A stretch of 64,000 nt of DNA from Octopus sinensis (Eukaryota), in the NCBI RefSeq assembly GCF_006345805.1, contig NC_042997.1:72416001-72480000 (forward strand), read 5' to 3'. Every line of letters begins with the position of its first letter. Positions within the stretch are counted from its first letter, which is position 1. Positions 25,801-37,841 of this stretch are shown here, one piece after another. The notes beneath the pieces are model-generated. The model was not told where the DNA came from and searched no databases. It saw only the letters and a program-made list of their open reading frames with translations. The position numbers were made by a program, and so were the translations under genes.

Positions 25801-26170
25801 CGCTATATGATCAAATAAATCCTACATAGGGGTGCAGTTGGGGGTATACGGGGGGGGGGGGGATAGTCAAGTAAGACAGAGGTAGAAACTTCCGGTGTTG
25901 GTGGAGGGGTTGAGACTACAACCTGCATACGTTTCACCGTTTTTGCGCTATATGATCAAATAAAACTGACATAGGGGTGCGAGTGGGTGTATACGCGGGG
26001 GGGGGGGATAGTCAAGTAAGACAGAGGTAGAAACTTCCGGTATTGGTGGAGGGGGTGGGAGGGCGAGTGCACCTCGAAGGAGCAACGAGGTTGAAGATAA
26101 TTCGTAGGGAATTTTCTGCAACAAAAATTACTGAAACATCTAGAAACTTTGGGAATTGAGTAAAACATAA
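22837..26170 (-). mobile_element. RTE-clade LINE, both ends present, internally deleted
   Basis: APE (LNVGTL, IQEVRWRG, ISAYAPQ, VAGDFNGHVG, IDYIL), RT domains 4-7 (GVHQGSVLSPLLF, LLYADDLAL, FRYLG), C-terminus, 3'UTR and (GAT)n tail. The N-terminal RT half is missing at a junction near 24450. Frameshifts near 25500 and 23990. Confidence 0.92.
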
Positions 26171-26679
26171 TTTAAATAAATGAAAACCGCAGTGCTAAGT
26201 CGAAAGAGAGAGACAGCGAGTCAGAGTGAATGAATAGAATGAGCTGAATGTATGTATCCAGTGACACCAATCACAACAATCATATTCCACTCATATTCTA
26301 TTCATTGCATATCTTCTTCAATCTCACCACAAAGGCATGCCTATAATGCAGCCACACAGGCACACACATATTTGTATGTGAGTGTGTGTTATGTATAACT
26401 ATATTGATCCGACTATTGGCTGTTGTTATACACCACTGGCTCTTGCATTGTTGTAGACAAGCAGGTCAACACTCCCCCTGAATGGAATACCGGTCAGTCA
26501 CAGGGTTATCCATTTACAGCTGAGTAGACAGAACAATGTAAAATAAAGTGTTTTGTTCAAAAATGAAATACATTGCTCAGTGGTGAATCAAAATTCATCT
26601 TGTGATCATGAGTGCCACACACCTATATATATATATAATATGTATATGTATGTGTGTGTGTGTGTGTGTATATAGTTAA

Positions 26680-26856
26680 TCCAAACATGAAAAAAGAGAA
26701 AATACAACAATGCAGAACAAGTATAGCGTTATTGGATGCTCAGGAAAGGAAAGGAAGAAGGAGGATTTAACGTTTCAAGCAGAACTTTTCATCAGAAACA
26801 TAGGAAAAGGAAGGGAAGATGGAGAAAGAAAATTGCCAACGATACACACACGGTCA

Positions 26857-26860
<4 letters not shown>
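26680..26860 (-). mobile_element. Short PLE-derived repeat containing a hammerhead motif
   Basis: Minus strand reads gtttCTGATGAaaagttctgcttGAAACGTTaaatcc. Confidence 0.6.
26765..26799 (-). ncRNA. Minimal type I hammerhead ribozyme motif (PLE-type)
   Basis: CUGAUGA core, short stem II (AAG/CUU), GAAA, palindromic AACGUU stem III, stem I GUUU/AAAU. Confidence 0.55.
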
Positions 26861-26890
<30 letters not shown>

Positions 26891-26916
26891 GAATCATTGG
26901 ATGACATTCCGTGCTT

Positions 26917-27401
26917 GAGAAGACCTATTGAATCAAGTAAAATCAAAGACAAATTAAATCACAAATGGAATTGTAGTTGTGGCCAATGCTAGTGCCACTT
27001 GACTGGCTCCCATGCTGGTGGCATGCAATAAGCACCATGCATGCATGAATTGTTGCCAGTGCTGCCTGACTGGTTCCCCATTCTGGTGGTACATAAAAGG
27101 CACCATCCAAACATGGTTGATGCCAGCCTCCCCGCCCCAACTGGCTCTTTTGCTGGTAGCATGTAAAAAGCACCATTGGAATGTGGCTGATGCCAGTGCT
27201 GCCTGACTGGCTCCTGTGCCGGTGGCACATAGAAAGCACCCACTACATTCTAGGAGTGGTTGGTGTTAGGAAGGGCATCCAGCTGTAGAAACACTGCCCC
27301 ATCAAATTGGAGCCTGGTGTGGCCTCCTGGCTTGCTAGTCCCCAGTCAAACTGTCCAACCCATGCCAGCATGGAAAATGGACATTAAATGATGATGATGA
27401 T
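26917..27401 (+). mobile_element. 5'-truncated RTE 3'UTR copy
   Basis: Same 3'UTR units and tail as 12721-13316. Confidence 0.8.
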
Positions 27402-27860
27402 ATCACTAAGTTATGGGGATGTAAACAGACCAACACCAGTTGCCAAGTGGTGGTGAGGGACAGACATAAATATAAAGACACACAAGGCTTTTGTTAGCCT
27501 CACTTTAGAGAAGATGCCCAAAATTCCACACAGTACAACTGAACTTAGAACCATGTGGTTAGGAAACAAACTTCTTGCTGCGCAGCCATGCTTGCACTTA
27601 TTATATATGTGAGAATATGGTTGCGTGTATTTTTGATCTTTTTTCTTTTCTACCTATCAGAGTAACTTCCCTTTCATTCAATGGTTTTTATCGTAGTGTC
27701 TACTGATATTAATAGCCAACAAGAATGCATCATAGCTCTTTGGTCCGACATTCGAAACTCCGAGTACTGTAATGACAACTTATTGTTTGTTCTAACGTAT
27801 AACATATATATATTTATATATGTGTGTCTGTATGTATATATATTTATATATGTGTGTCTG

Positions 27861-27909
<49 letters not shown>

Positions 27910-28065
27910 TTTATCAAAGGACATACTAAGTATGACTACCTGCTTGAAATAACAGTCAAAGCTCTTATTAAATTGCCAAAAAATACACTGATAAAAACTA
28001 CAGAAATCAAACGATGGCAATATCAGGTTAAGACAATCTACTAACATACATTTAAGTATCTGGAC

Positions 28066-28120
28066 TCACGTGAACCGGTTTCTGCACTGGCAAAATAAGC
28101 CTTAGCTTCTTCAGCATGCA
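28066..28120 (-). ncRNA. Degenerate type I hammerhead ribozyme motif (PLE-type)
   Basis: gcatg-CTGAAGA-agctaaggcttattttgccagtgca-GAAA-CCGGTT-cacgt. Palindromic AACCGGUU stem III, interrupted stem II (GC..GGC/GCC..GC), stem I with one mismatch at a likely CpG decay. Confidence 0.45.
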
Positions 28121-28235
28121 TTACCGTGATTAGAGATTCCCAACCCATCGCTTTGAAGTCTGTGCCACAACTGATTCATTTCGCACCGAAATCACAGCAG
28201 TCACCAGTGTAAAATATATATATATAGAAATACTA

Positions 28236-28897
28236 TTGCTATTCAGTAAAACAAAGCACCATAAAGGTTGAAGTATGAATATAGAATAGTGGTACAACAA
28301 TGCACCAATATTTACTGGAAATAGCAGTCGATAATATACAACGCTATAGTAAAGCTTTACTGTGTATATACTGGCAAAGATGTTTGTGGATGGCAAACAT
28401 AAAAAATTTCGTCTTAACTGTAGGAAGAACATTAGATAAATGTATAACCCAGATGTGAATAATCTAGGACCTAGGTTTTGAACTCTTTAAAATACTTTAA
28501 CCTTATGGTGCTTTGTTTTACTGGATAGCAATTTTATTGTGTTGCACTATTTAATAATTTTTTCTTTGAAAACTCTTTCACTGTTCTTGATTCTATTAAT
28601 GGCTTAGGCATTCAGGCGAGTATACTGGCACTGATGTAGCAACATACAAAATTTTGTCTGGGGAATCTAGTTGAAGAGAACTAATTAAATTTACATTAAC
28701 AAATGTATTTTGGAGAGTTCAAAACCTAGGTCCTAGATTATCCACATCTGGGTTGTACATTTATCTAATGTTCTTCCTACAGGTAAGATGAAATGTTTTA
28801 TGTTTGCTGCCTACAAACATCTTTGCCAGTATATACACAGTGAAGCTTTACTATAATGCCATACATTTGGTGCATTGCTGTACCACTATTCTATATA
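28236..28897. repeat. Interleaved inverted repeats (A-B-A'-spacer-B')
   Basis: A 28236-28275 pairs with A' 28493-28532. B 28278-28487 pairs with B' 28714-28897; B' lacks a ~40-nt segment. Confidence 0.85.
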
Positions 28898-29159
28898 TAT
28901 ATTTGTAGAGAGAGAGAGAGAGAGAGAGAATAGTGTTCAGAGGGATGCATACATTGAGTTCTGCACCAGGTTATTAGTATCACAATGCCTAAGCAATATA
29001 TATATATATATCTTGTTACTGGTTTCAAACGCCTTCTCTCTCTCTCTGACCAGGTAACTATGTATCTCCTCTACAGTAAGACTCCTGTTTTTGTGTCACT
29101 GTCACACTAACCTTTCATCATTTGATACAAGATTGCTTCCAATGCCCCCTCCCCTCTCA

Positions 29160-29490
29160 AAGGATCTTTGTTTTGCAAGTTACTTAGTGACCCTGCTAAT
29201 GCTGGTGTTGCATAAAAAGCATTCAGTCCACACAATAAAGTGGTTGGCATTTGGAAGGGCACTCAACTAAAAAAACCATGCCACAACTGACCTTGCCTGT
29301 GCCAGTGCCACAAAAAGCATTGTCCATTCTGTGGAGTGGTTGGTGTTAGGAAGGGCTTCCAGCTGTAAAAACCATGCCAAAACAGACAACTGGAGCCTGG
29401 TGCAGCTCTCTGGCTGGCTAGCTCCTATCAAACCATCCAACCCATGCCAGCATAGAAAGCAGAGATTAAATAATGATGGTGATGATGAAA
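29160..29490 (+). mobile_element. Diverged RTE 3'UTR copy
   Basis: 'ggtgttaggaagggcttccagctgtaaaaaccatgcc...catgccagcatagaaagc...taatgatggtgatgatg'. Confidence 0.7.
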
Positions 29491-31699
29491 TATATATATA
29501 TTTATACATAAACATACATACACATGTTAATATCAAACAGTGAGAATGAGTGCTCAACACCGCATTGTTAGATAAATATTGACCAGTCTTCCCACCAATG
29601 CACAAAAGTGGTATATCTCTACTGTTGGAACAAATATATTTCTCTCCTTTGTTTTTATAATAGTAAGGATGCTTGTATCCTTTCAATGTTGAGATATAGA
29701 CTTACAATTCAGAGATCTAATAACTAAGCATTCCCATATACAGGTGATTACACTCCTTCAAGATTCCAATTAGAATAATGTCCAGTTCATATTTCCCCTT
29801 TTTTAACATCTTAGTGGCAGCACCAACATAGTAAAAGTTGGTGACTCATCAAGGTGATGAATGACAGGCATTTCACAAACTTCCTTCATTACTGCTGGAC
29901 CCACTGGTTTAGGTGAGTTTAGTAGCTAGAGTTCTACCAGCACTCTACTATTGTTGTCACTATTTCTTTTTTTTTTTTTTGTGTCTGTAGCAATATGCTA
30001 TCTGATCATTTGACTGGCTATGGAACAATTCCTGGTACCATCATAGAAAGCGTGCATGTCTGCATGAACACTGAGCTTTCCCAATCCACCTTTCAACAGG
30101 CAGCATATGAAAAAATTAACTGAACCTTACTTTAAAGAGTCAATTATTGCTTTTTTTAGGAGTGTTACCTGACATGTTATCTAAGAGTTATTATGTGAAC
30201 AGGAGCCTGTGGAAAAGAGATCTCATCAAACCACCAATATTGATGTTTTTCTCTTCAACAGTAAATTAATAATGTGCAGAATTTAAAGCAGACCATTTTT
30301 TTGTCTTCCATGCCAACTTCTAAGCTGATGAATTCCTTGGAAACTAGAGAATAATGAATTTTCTTGCAAATATCCCAACTGTTGAGCTTGTAGCAGTTGA
30401 CAGTCTTGGTTTTGAACAACCTGTACGATGCTCAGCTCCACCTGTTGTACAGTTGAGCTGATCTTTAAAATCTCCACACTAACCATGATCATGTTGCTAA
30501 TAGTAAGACTTCCCCTCTCTGCACTCAGTGAAATAAGTCTGATGTCATTGCTGTTAGTTTTCACAATACCATGATTCCCAATCTCTCCCAGTTTTTCTTT
30601 GTTCTTTTCTTTTGATTTATTCAAACCATCCATGAAATGACTTTGTCTTGTGTGTGCATTTTAGTATTGGATTCAATAAATGATATTAGATAATAAAGTT
30701 GGTGCACAAACTCACAATAATGTGACAAGAAGTATCTATGGAAGGAAAAAAAACTAAGCCTCACTGATATATTATTCTTATATTTACAATGACTATGGGT
30801 TGAGTGCACAATTTGTTCACTGGCAGAAAAATTTGCAAGAACAGCTGCCATTTGAGCCCAGCAGCCAGCAACTGATGTTTAATGTTGTTTAGTGTCCAGG
30901 CTAAAAGCCTCCAGTACATACACATATGCTCCCTTTGCCAGACACTCTATCACTGCAAGAACTTTTTAAGGATCCAAGAACCAAGATCCACATTAAAGGA
31001 TAATTTACCTGCACAAAGAAGCTTTATAGAAGGAAATATGCATTTCCTAGTATCATTATCTACATGGTGAAGGTAATGTGTCCTATGGCAAGGCAACTGT
31101 TATCTTTTCCCGGCTGTTGAAAACTGGTGGAAATCCAATCCATTGTAAAACAGCTTTAAAGCTGACTAACACAACCTGATTTCCTCTCAAGATGTGCTCA
31201 CTTAATATTTATCTTCCCGGGCTCATCTACAAGACAGCAGGAAGTGCTTGGTATATTCAAGAGTATATCTACCAGGATTAGCTTGCATACTCTATCTCTC
31301 TCTGTATGTATGCACATGCTAATTAACATCATCATTAACTTCATCATAATTTTACCTTGTTTTCATCTTTTCTGTTGTTGCCAACATGCGTGATATCCTG
31401 GAGGCAAAGTATACAAAATTGTCTAGAAAATCTCACTTCTGTCTGCTGTACTATGCTTTGTGTGTATTGTATAATCCAAGTAATTTAGTTCCATCAATGT
31501 TCTGTATCTATGCTGGGTTTTTTTTATATGCCTTTGTAACAGATGAAATTAGTCAAACTAATTTTGAATTTATATGCAGTATAATTAAAATGGGATATGT
31601 GAAAGCAAAAAAACTAGAGGTGATAGAGTAAAACTGTTCAGAAAACTGAATTCACCACATCAAAATTATTCATGCCTCAGAGCAACAAATAATGTTTGT

Positions 31700-33885
31700 A
31701 AGCCAGTGAAAAATGTGATATTATTATAGTATGGTAGTACTCCAGAACATTCTGAATTCAATATGGGTGGCATGTGCAGCATCAGTACCATGCAAGCACA
31801 AAAAACCAACCAATAGTGCAATTTGGGAAGACTGCAGCAGTCTGACTTGCCAGGAAAGAACGCCGTAATGCTGAACAGGAATACAAATTGCACAAATCAG
31901 AGAGCAACAGGAAAAAGCACAATAAGTCAGCCAACCACCGCAAGCAGGTGACAAAAAAGGCAGTGCTTGAATTTGAACAACGCATTGCAACTAACCCTGA
32001 CAGCAAAGTGTTCTGGAAGTATGTGCACTCAAAGCAGAGGCCCCACTCTCCAGTTGGTCCCCTTCACAATCCCCACACAGGACAGATTACTGGCAATCCC
32101 AAAGAATGTGCAGAAATCATTGCTGGATGCTATGCCGGCATCTTTACTGTCGAAGACCAAAATGTTCCATCTTCATCACCACTGACATCGGACTGTATAT
32201 CTACTATGCAATTTACACCAGCAATGCTACGCCACCTTAAGAATAAATGCAATTATGCCTCTCCTGGTCTTGATGGTGTTACATACCTACTTCTCAAACA
32301 CGGTGGGTACTTTCTTCTAAGCCAACTTTCTCTATTTTTCCAATTCTGTCTTGACAATGGTGTTACTCCAGAACAGTGGAAAACTGCCAGTGTTATCCCT
32401 CTGTTCGAAAAAGGCGACCGCACATCGCCTGTCAACTATTGCCCCGTTAGTCTTACTAGCTGCATCACCAAACTGATGGAATCCTGTATCAGCGAAACCC
32501 TCTGGAACTTCTGGAAGTCTCACAGCCTCATCCAGCCATCACAATTTGGATTTATTCCTAACTCCAGCTGCTGTAATCAACTCATCGAGTTTCTTGAGGA
32601 CGTTACCCAAATCTCTGATTGCGGATCCTGGGTGGATGTTGTTTACCTGGACTTTGCTAAGACTTTTAACTCTGTGCCACACAAAACACTTATGGTGAAG
32701 CTCTCTGCGTTGGGCATAAGAGACGAACTCTATAACTGGTTGAAGTCCTTTATCTTCGGCTGAAAAGAGATTGTCACAGTTCTAGGACAGCACTCTTCAC
32801 CCTATGAGATGACATCTGGTGTACCACAGGGATCTGTTCTTGGCCCCCTTTTATTTGTTGCATATGTTAATGACATAGATGCCAACTTAAAGAATGCCAC
32901 AGTGCTGAAATATGCAGATGACATCAAGCTGTATCTCGAAATAAAGAGGTCAGATCCTGTACACTATAGATCTCTATTGCAAGCAGACCTGGACACAATG
33001 CAGCAGTGGATCATGGACTGGCAACTCAAGCTGGCTGTGGACAAATGTACCACCATGCATTTTGGGAGGAGAAACCCAGCGTCCACCTACTCCCTCCACA
33101 ACACTAATCTCAAAAAGTCTTCATGTGAACGTGACCTGGGTGTTATTGTTGACAGTGATTTGCGTTGGACAAAACACATCGCTAAAATTGTCAAGAAGGT
33201 TGAGGGTGTCTTGGCATCACTCACCAAGTCTTTTGTGAGCCGCTCTCCGGCTATCTATCTGCGGCTTTATATAGCTATGGTAAGACCTCACCTGGAATTT
33301 GCATCACCGGTCTGGAACCCCTATCTTGCCCAGGATATCAATCGTCCAGAAGCTGTTCAGCGACGTGCAACCAAAAGAATACCCTCCATCAGGCATTTGC
33401 CATATTCTGAACGCCTTACTTCTCTGGGAATGGACACATTGAAACTCCGACGTCTGGCAGCTGACTTGGCAGACACCCATAAAATTATCAATCATCTTAC
33501 AAACAATAACTCTGAGCACCTTTTCAAACTCCACCTGTCTAACACCCGTGGACATGTTTACAAAGTCAGAAAACAGCACAGCTCCCATGACTTTCGGAAA
33601 CATTTTTTCACGCTGAGAGTTGCTGAAGCATGGAACAAACTGCTGGCATCAATTGTTAGTTGTCGGAGCACTGCATCCTTCAAAACTTCCATGCTTTCTG
33701 AGATTCACCAACACTACACCTAATTTTCTCCCCTCCATACACACACAAGCATGTATCTGACTCATACATTGTTCGCTTTCCAGACATTTGTACATTACTG
33801 CATATACTCTATACGCACTTTCTGACAAGTTGTGGTGCACCTGAGCATTGTATACAATAATTTCATTATTATATTATTATTATGT
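31700..33885 (+). mobile_element. 5'-truncated CR1-clade LINE (RT + 3'UTR)
   Basis: 'KVFWKYV', 'SPGLDG', 'YCPVSLTS', 'QFGF', 'YLDFAKTFNSVPH', 'GVPQGSVLGPLLF', 'YADDIKL', 'ERDLGV', 'RPHLEFASPVWNP'. In-frame TGA at 32761. 3'UTR ends in ATT repeats. Confidence 0.92.
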
Positions 33886-33996
33886 AATGTCAAATTATTA
33901 ATCTAAATTTAGTTAGCCCTCTCGAGTTATTCCCCCTCTTCTGTATTACACAAATTACAACTGGCCAAAATTCACTTGAAATATTTTTTTAATCTT

Positions 33997-34278
33997 TTAC
34001 TTGTTTCAGCCATTAGACTGTGGTCATGCTGGGTCACCGCCTTGAAGAATATTAGTCGAACTAATCGACCCTAGTGCTTATTTTCTTTTTAAACCTGATA
34101 CTTAATCTATTGGTTACTTTTGCCGAACCGCTATGTTACGGTGACGTAAACACACCAACATCAGTTGTCAAGCGCTGGTGGAGGGACACACAAACATAAA
34201 GGGCTTCTTTTAGTTTCCATCTACAAAATCCACTCACAAGGATTTGGTCGAGCAGAGGCTATAGTGGAAGACACAAGG
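33997..34278 (-). mobile_element. tRNA-derived SINE, head interrupted by the family-X element
   Basis: Reverse complement of the 11780 family. Confidence 0.75.
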
Positions 34279-34282
34279 TACC

Positions 34283-34873
34283 ACAGGGATTTTTCCCATT
34301 TTTTCATTACACCCTTAGAAATGATGGGGGGGGGGGGGCAATTTTTGTTGTTGCCTAAATCCCAGCAAGGGATTACCCATGTGTTACTTCCGCATCATCA
34401 TTCCATAAAAAGTGTTTATGGAGAGTAAAATATTAAAAAAAACATCACTACATGTGAAAGTGATAGAGAAATGAAGAAGGTACCAGGTGGTCGTGGGATG
34501 TGCTAGAAACAACAGCTAAATCTCCTTTAAATATTCCGCCTGGAAAACATTTTCAAATTTCCTTTTTTTTTTACTACCGAAAAGTCTTCTCCAGTGGCTT
34601 CTAAGTGCATAGTGCCAAAGAAACTGGCCAAAATCGTTCCGGAGGGCTGTGGGGGTGAAAAAAAATTTTTTTTCCAAAATCTTGTTTTATAAGAAGCTTT
34701 CCCTCACCCCACATCACTTTCACATGTGGTGATGTTTTTTTAATATTTTACTCTCCATAAACACATTTTATGGAATGCAGTGAAAATTGGAAGAATCTCC
34801 GTCAAAAAGGAAAGAAAGTCCAATTATATGGGCGTCATGATCCGAAAATTCGCCATATTTCTCCTGCCGTGAC
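34283..34873. mobile_element. Foldback-like non-autonomous DNA element (family X)
   Basis: A ~70-bp inner inverted repeat (34398-34468 vs 34711-34776). The right end reads CACGGCAGGAG on the minus strand. Homologous to 3330-3440 and 10210-10620. Confidence 0.6.
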
Positions 34874-35249
34874 AGCTTACTAGAGCCTTCTTAATTAACT
34901 AACTGTAATAACCACGGAATTGTCTTCCCAGTATGTAAACTTCGTTGTCGCATTTTAAATTCATGACAAGCATGGAAAATATTTCATGCGTTTTAAAAAT
35001 CTATTACTTCTTCGGGGTCACTACAAGAGCCCATTATTCATTGGTAATACCCGAGCTATTAATTACAATCCATACAGCAGATTACGAAGTATCATTCACG
35101 CTGTTACATCTGACAGAGAAATAGCAGCCAAAATAAGTTACATTGACTAGACGCTGGTCATTCGGCCACTACAAACTGCTGAATCCAACAGTGAAAGAGC
35201 CGCTCAACCACTTCGAAACGTTAACGCTCGATGAAAATACAAATATTAC

Positions 35250-35880
35250 AGACTTACAATTTCTCACCATTCAACCACCGCCACCACCACAAAGGTACCT
35301 CAAAAATATACGAGCTCGACATTGGTCCCATTAACATTACTACTCGGCAGTTACCAAATACGACAATGGCGACCTTTGAGACGAATTACTTTTGGTCATT
35401 TCCATTCAGAAATATCTAGCTGGAGTCGTTTACAAACCTGTCTTATTTTCTTCGCAAATTTTCAGCGAGGAACACAACGCGTGCAAAGTGATGACCCGCC
35501 AGACAACCAAGGCGCGAGAAGCCGACATTTTTCCTCTTCTTTACTATTGCATCCCCCACTGCGTGAAGCAACGACTCAAGGACCACTATTGACTCGACAA
35601 AGTAATCAAATCTGCACGTCAATGCCAAGAAAATTCTTTTCTTCCCAACCCACAAACGGCCAGTATTTTTTTTTTTATCTTTCTATATCTTTTCCTCTGA
35701 CCGCTACAATTTTCTGTTCAGAAAAAAACAAAAACAAAAGAAAAGAAAAAGGAAAAACCCCGAAAAATAACGACTCCGCATCTGTCCAAAGTTTGAAGTT
35801 CGATCATTTTCAGAATATTCAGCCAATCAGAAAACAATGCGTTCGCTGCCTCTTCCATCATCAGGGTGTGGGCCATCGGC
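35250..35880 (-). promoter_or_regulatory. Candidate promoter and first exon of a minus-strand host transcript
   Basis: CpG-enriched, non-repeat-looking stretch. CCAAT (agccaatcag, 35821-35830). Canonical donor GTAAGT at 35252-35257 (minus). Several short ATG-initiated ORFs. Confidence 0.3.
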
Positions 35881-36234
35881 ATGTCAAAACATTAAACTAG
35901 CTACAGTAAACAAACCAACAGGAGTTACCTGAAATAATAGTCAAAATATTGTTTAAAACAGACATTTATTAGTTTAAAAAATCCAAGAAAGAAAGTTTGC
36001 AGCACACTCTAGAATTTTATAAAATAAATCATCTTTCTCATATCTTCTCCACATAAATTCACAAAGGTAAGAACGGAGGGAACGGTGTGTCCCACTTTGG
36101 CATTTGTTTCCTACACTCCTTGTGTGCAAGCACAATATTTTTGGTTACTATGGAAACAGATGTGTAAAATACTCGCTTCTGATTGGCTAAAATACCCAAA
36201 TTTGGCAAATTTTAAAGGCTAATAAAGGGCACCC

Positions 36235-36527
36235 GCCCTATTCGCCTGATTTAGCAGCTCCGGACTTCCATCTCTTCCCCAAAATGAAAATGCAGCTCAA
36301 ATGTTGCCGTTTTAACACCATTGTCGAGATCCAGAGCAAATCGCGGAAGGTCCTCGACTCGCTTACTGAAAACGACTTCTAGGCCGGATTCCAATAGTGG
36401 CAAGAACATTGGGACCGATGTATTACTGCGCAATGTGACTATTTTGTAAGAGATGATTTCAAAACTTAAGTAAATATTATTTTTTATTAAACATAACTAG
36501 TCAGGAAACCTTTTGATACCACCTCGT
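36235..36527 (+). mobile_element. mariner transposase C-terminal remnant and 3' TIR
   Basis: 'SPDLAAPDFHLFPKMK..LKCCRFNTIVEIQ...DF*AGFQ*WQEHWDRCI...DYF' (YSPDLAP motif), ending 'ccttttgataccacctcgt'. Confidence 0.85.
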
Positions 36528-37094
36528 CAAAGAAGTCTTTATGACAAGGTTAATAGCGGTGGGAGAAGAGGAAGAGATTAGTATCTTAATGATTGTACAG
36601 AATGATAACCTTTAGTTCTAGAGTGTGTAATCATGTGATAGAAATCCCTATTGCCAAAATTCTGGGGAGTTTCCTCCTGTTAGAGGTCAATTCGTCTAAC
36701 AACAATAGCTGCGCCCTTTTTTGATGATTTGTGACATAGCTTTGGTTTCATAGATTACCGGAGTACCTGGAGTCCACAAATGGTGATTTTTATGCCTCTG
36801 AATTCTAAATGAAATTTGACAGGTATATTTACTTCGATGCTATTCTGACAGTAATAATATACAATGAAGCAGTTTGGCATTATCAGATGACACGATCGAT
36901 TTAGTATAGCAGTCAGGCACTTTTCTCGAATTTATATTTATCCACTTAAATAAATTACTATTTTGGACCGTTTAGTCCCGCTTTCGTTTAACACGGCCTT
37001 CCTGTCAGCTGTTGCTCTCTAAAGCACATTTCAGTAATTGGTTTTTCGAAACACAAATCACAAAACAGCACCTGTTTAATTTCTCCTCAATATT

Positions 37095-37841
37095 CTTTTC
37101 TACTCTATGCACAAGGCCCGAAATTTTGGGGGAGGAGGGAAGTTGATTAGATCGACCCCAGTACACAACAGGTACTTAATTTATCGACCCCGAAAATATG
37201 AAAAGGCAAAGTCGATCTCGGTAGAATTTGAACTCAGAACGTAAAGACAGACGAAATACCCATTTCTTTACTACCCACAAGGGGCTAAACACAGAGTGGA
37301 CAAACAAGGACAGACAAACAGATTAAGTCGATTACATCGACCCCAGTGCATAACTGGTACTTATTTAATCGACCCCGAAAGGATGAAAGGCAAAGTCGAC
37401 CTCGGTGGAATTTGAACTCAGACAGTAGCGGCAGACGAAATACCTATTTCTTTACTAGCCACAAGGGGCTAAACGCAGAGAGGACAAACAAACGGATTAA
37501 GTCGATTATATCGACCCCAGTGCGTAACTGGTACTTAATCTATCGACCCCGAAAGGATGAAGGCAAAGTCGACCTCGGTGGAATTTGAACTCAGACAGTA
37601 GCGGCAGACGAAATACCTATTTCTTTACTAGCCACAAGGGGCTAAACGCAGAGAGGACAAACAAACGGATTAAGTCGATTATATCGACCCCAGTGCGTAA
37701 CTGGTACTTAATCTATCGACCCCGAAAGGATGAAAGGCAAAGTCGACCTCAGTGGAATTTGAACTCAGAACGTAACGGCAGACGAAATACCGCTAAGCAT
37801 TTCGCCCGGAGTGCTAACGTTTCTGCCAGCTCGCCGCTTTA
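37095..37841 (-). mobile_element. Four-unit tandem SINE concatemer with one head and a single 17-bp TSD
   Basis: TSD AATTTCTCCTCAATATT at 37078-37094 and 37842-37858. Four ~175-185-bp units; only the 5'-most has the A-box head (gcggcgagctggcagaaacgttagc). Confidence 0.88.

Noticed and set aside
30322-30355. Hammerhead-like CTGATGA...GAAAC
   Set aside because: No stem II pairing and no NUH/stem I.
37095-37841. CRISPR-like array (also the 12930-13140 units)
   Set aside because: The units are SINE or RTE-UTR copies without unique spacers, there are no cas genes, and the context is eukaryotic.
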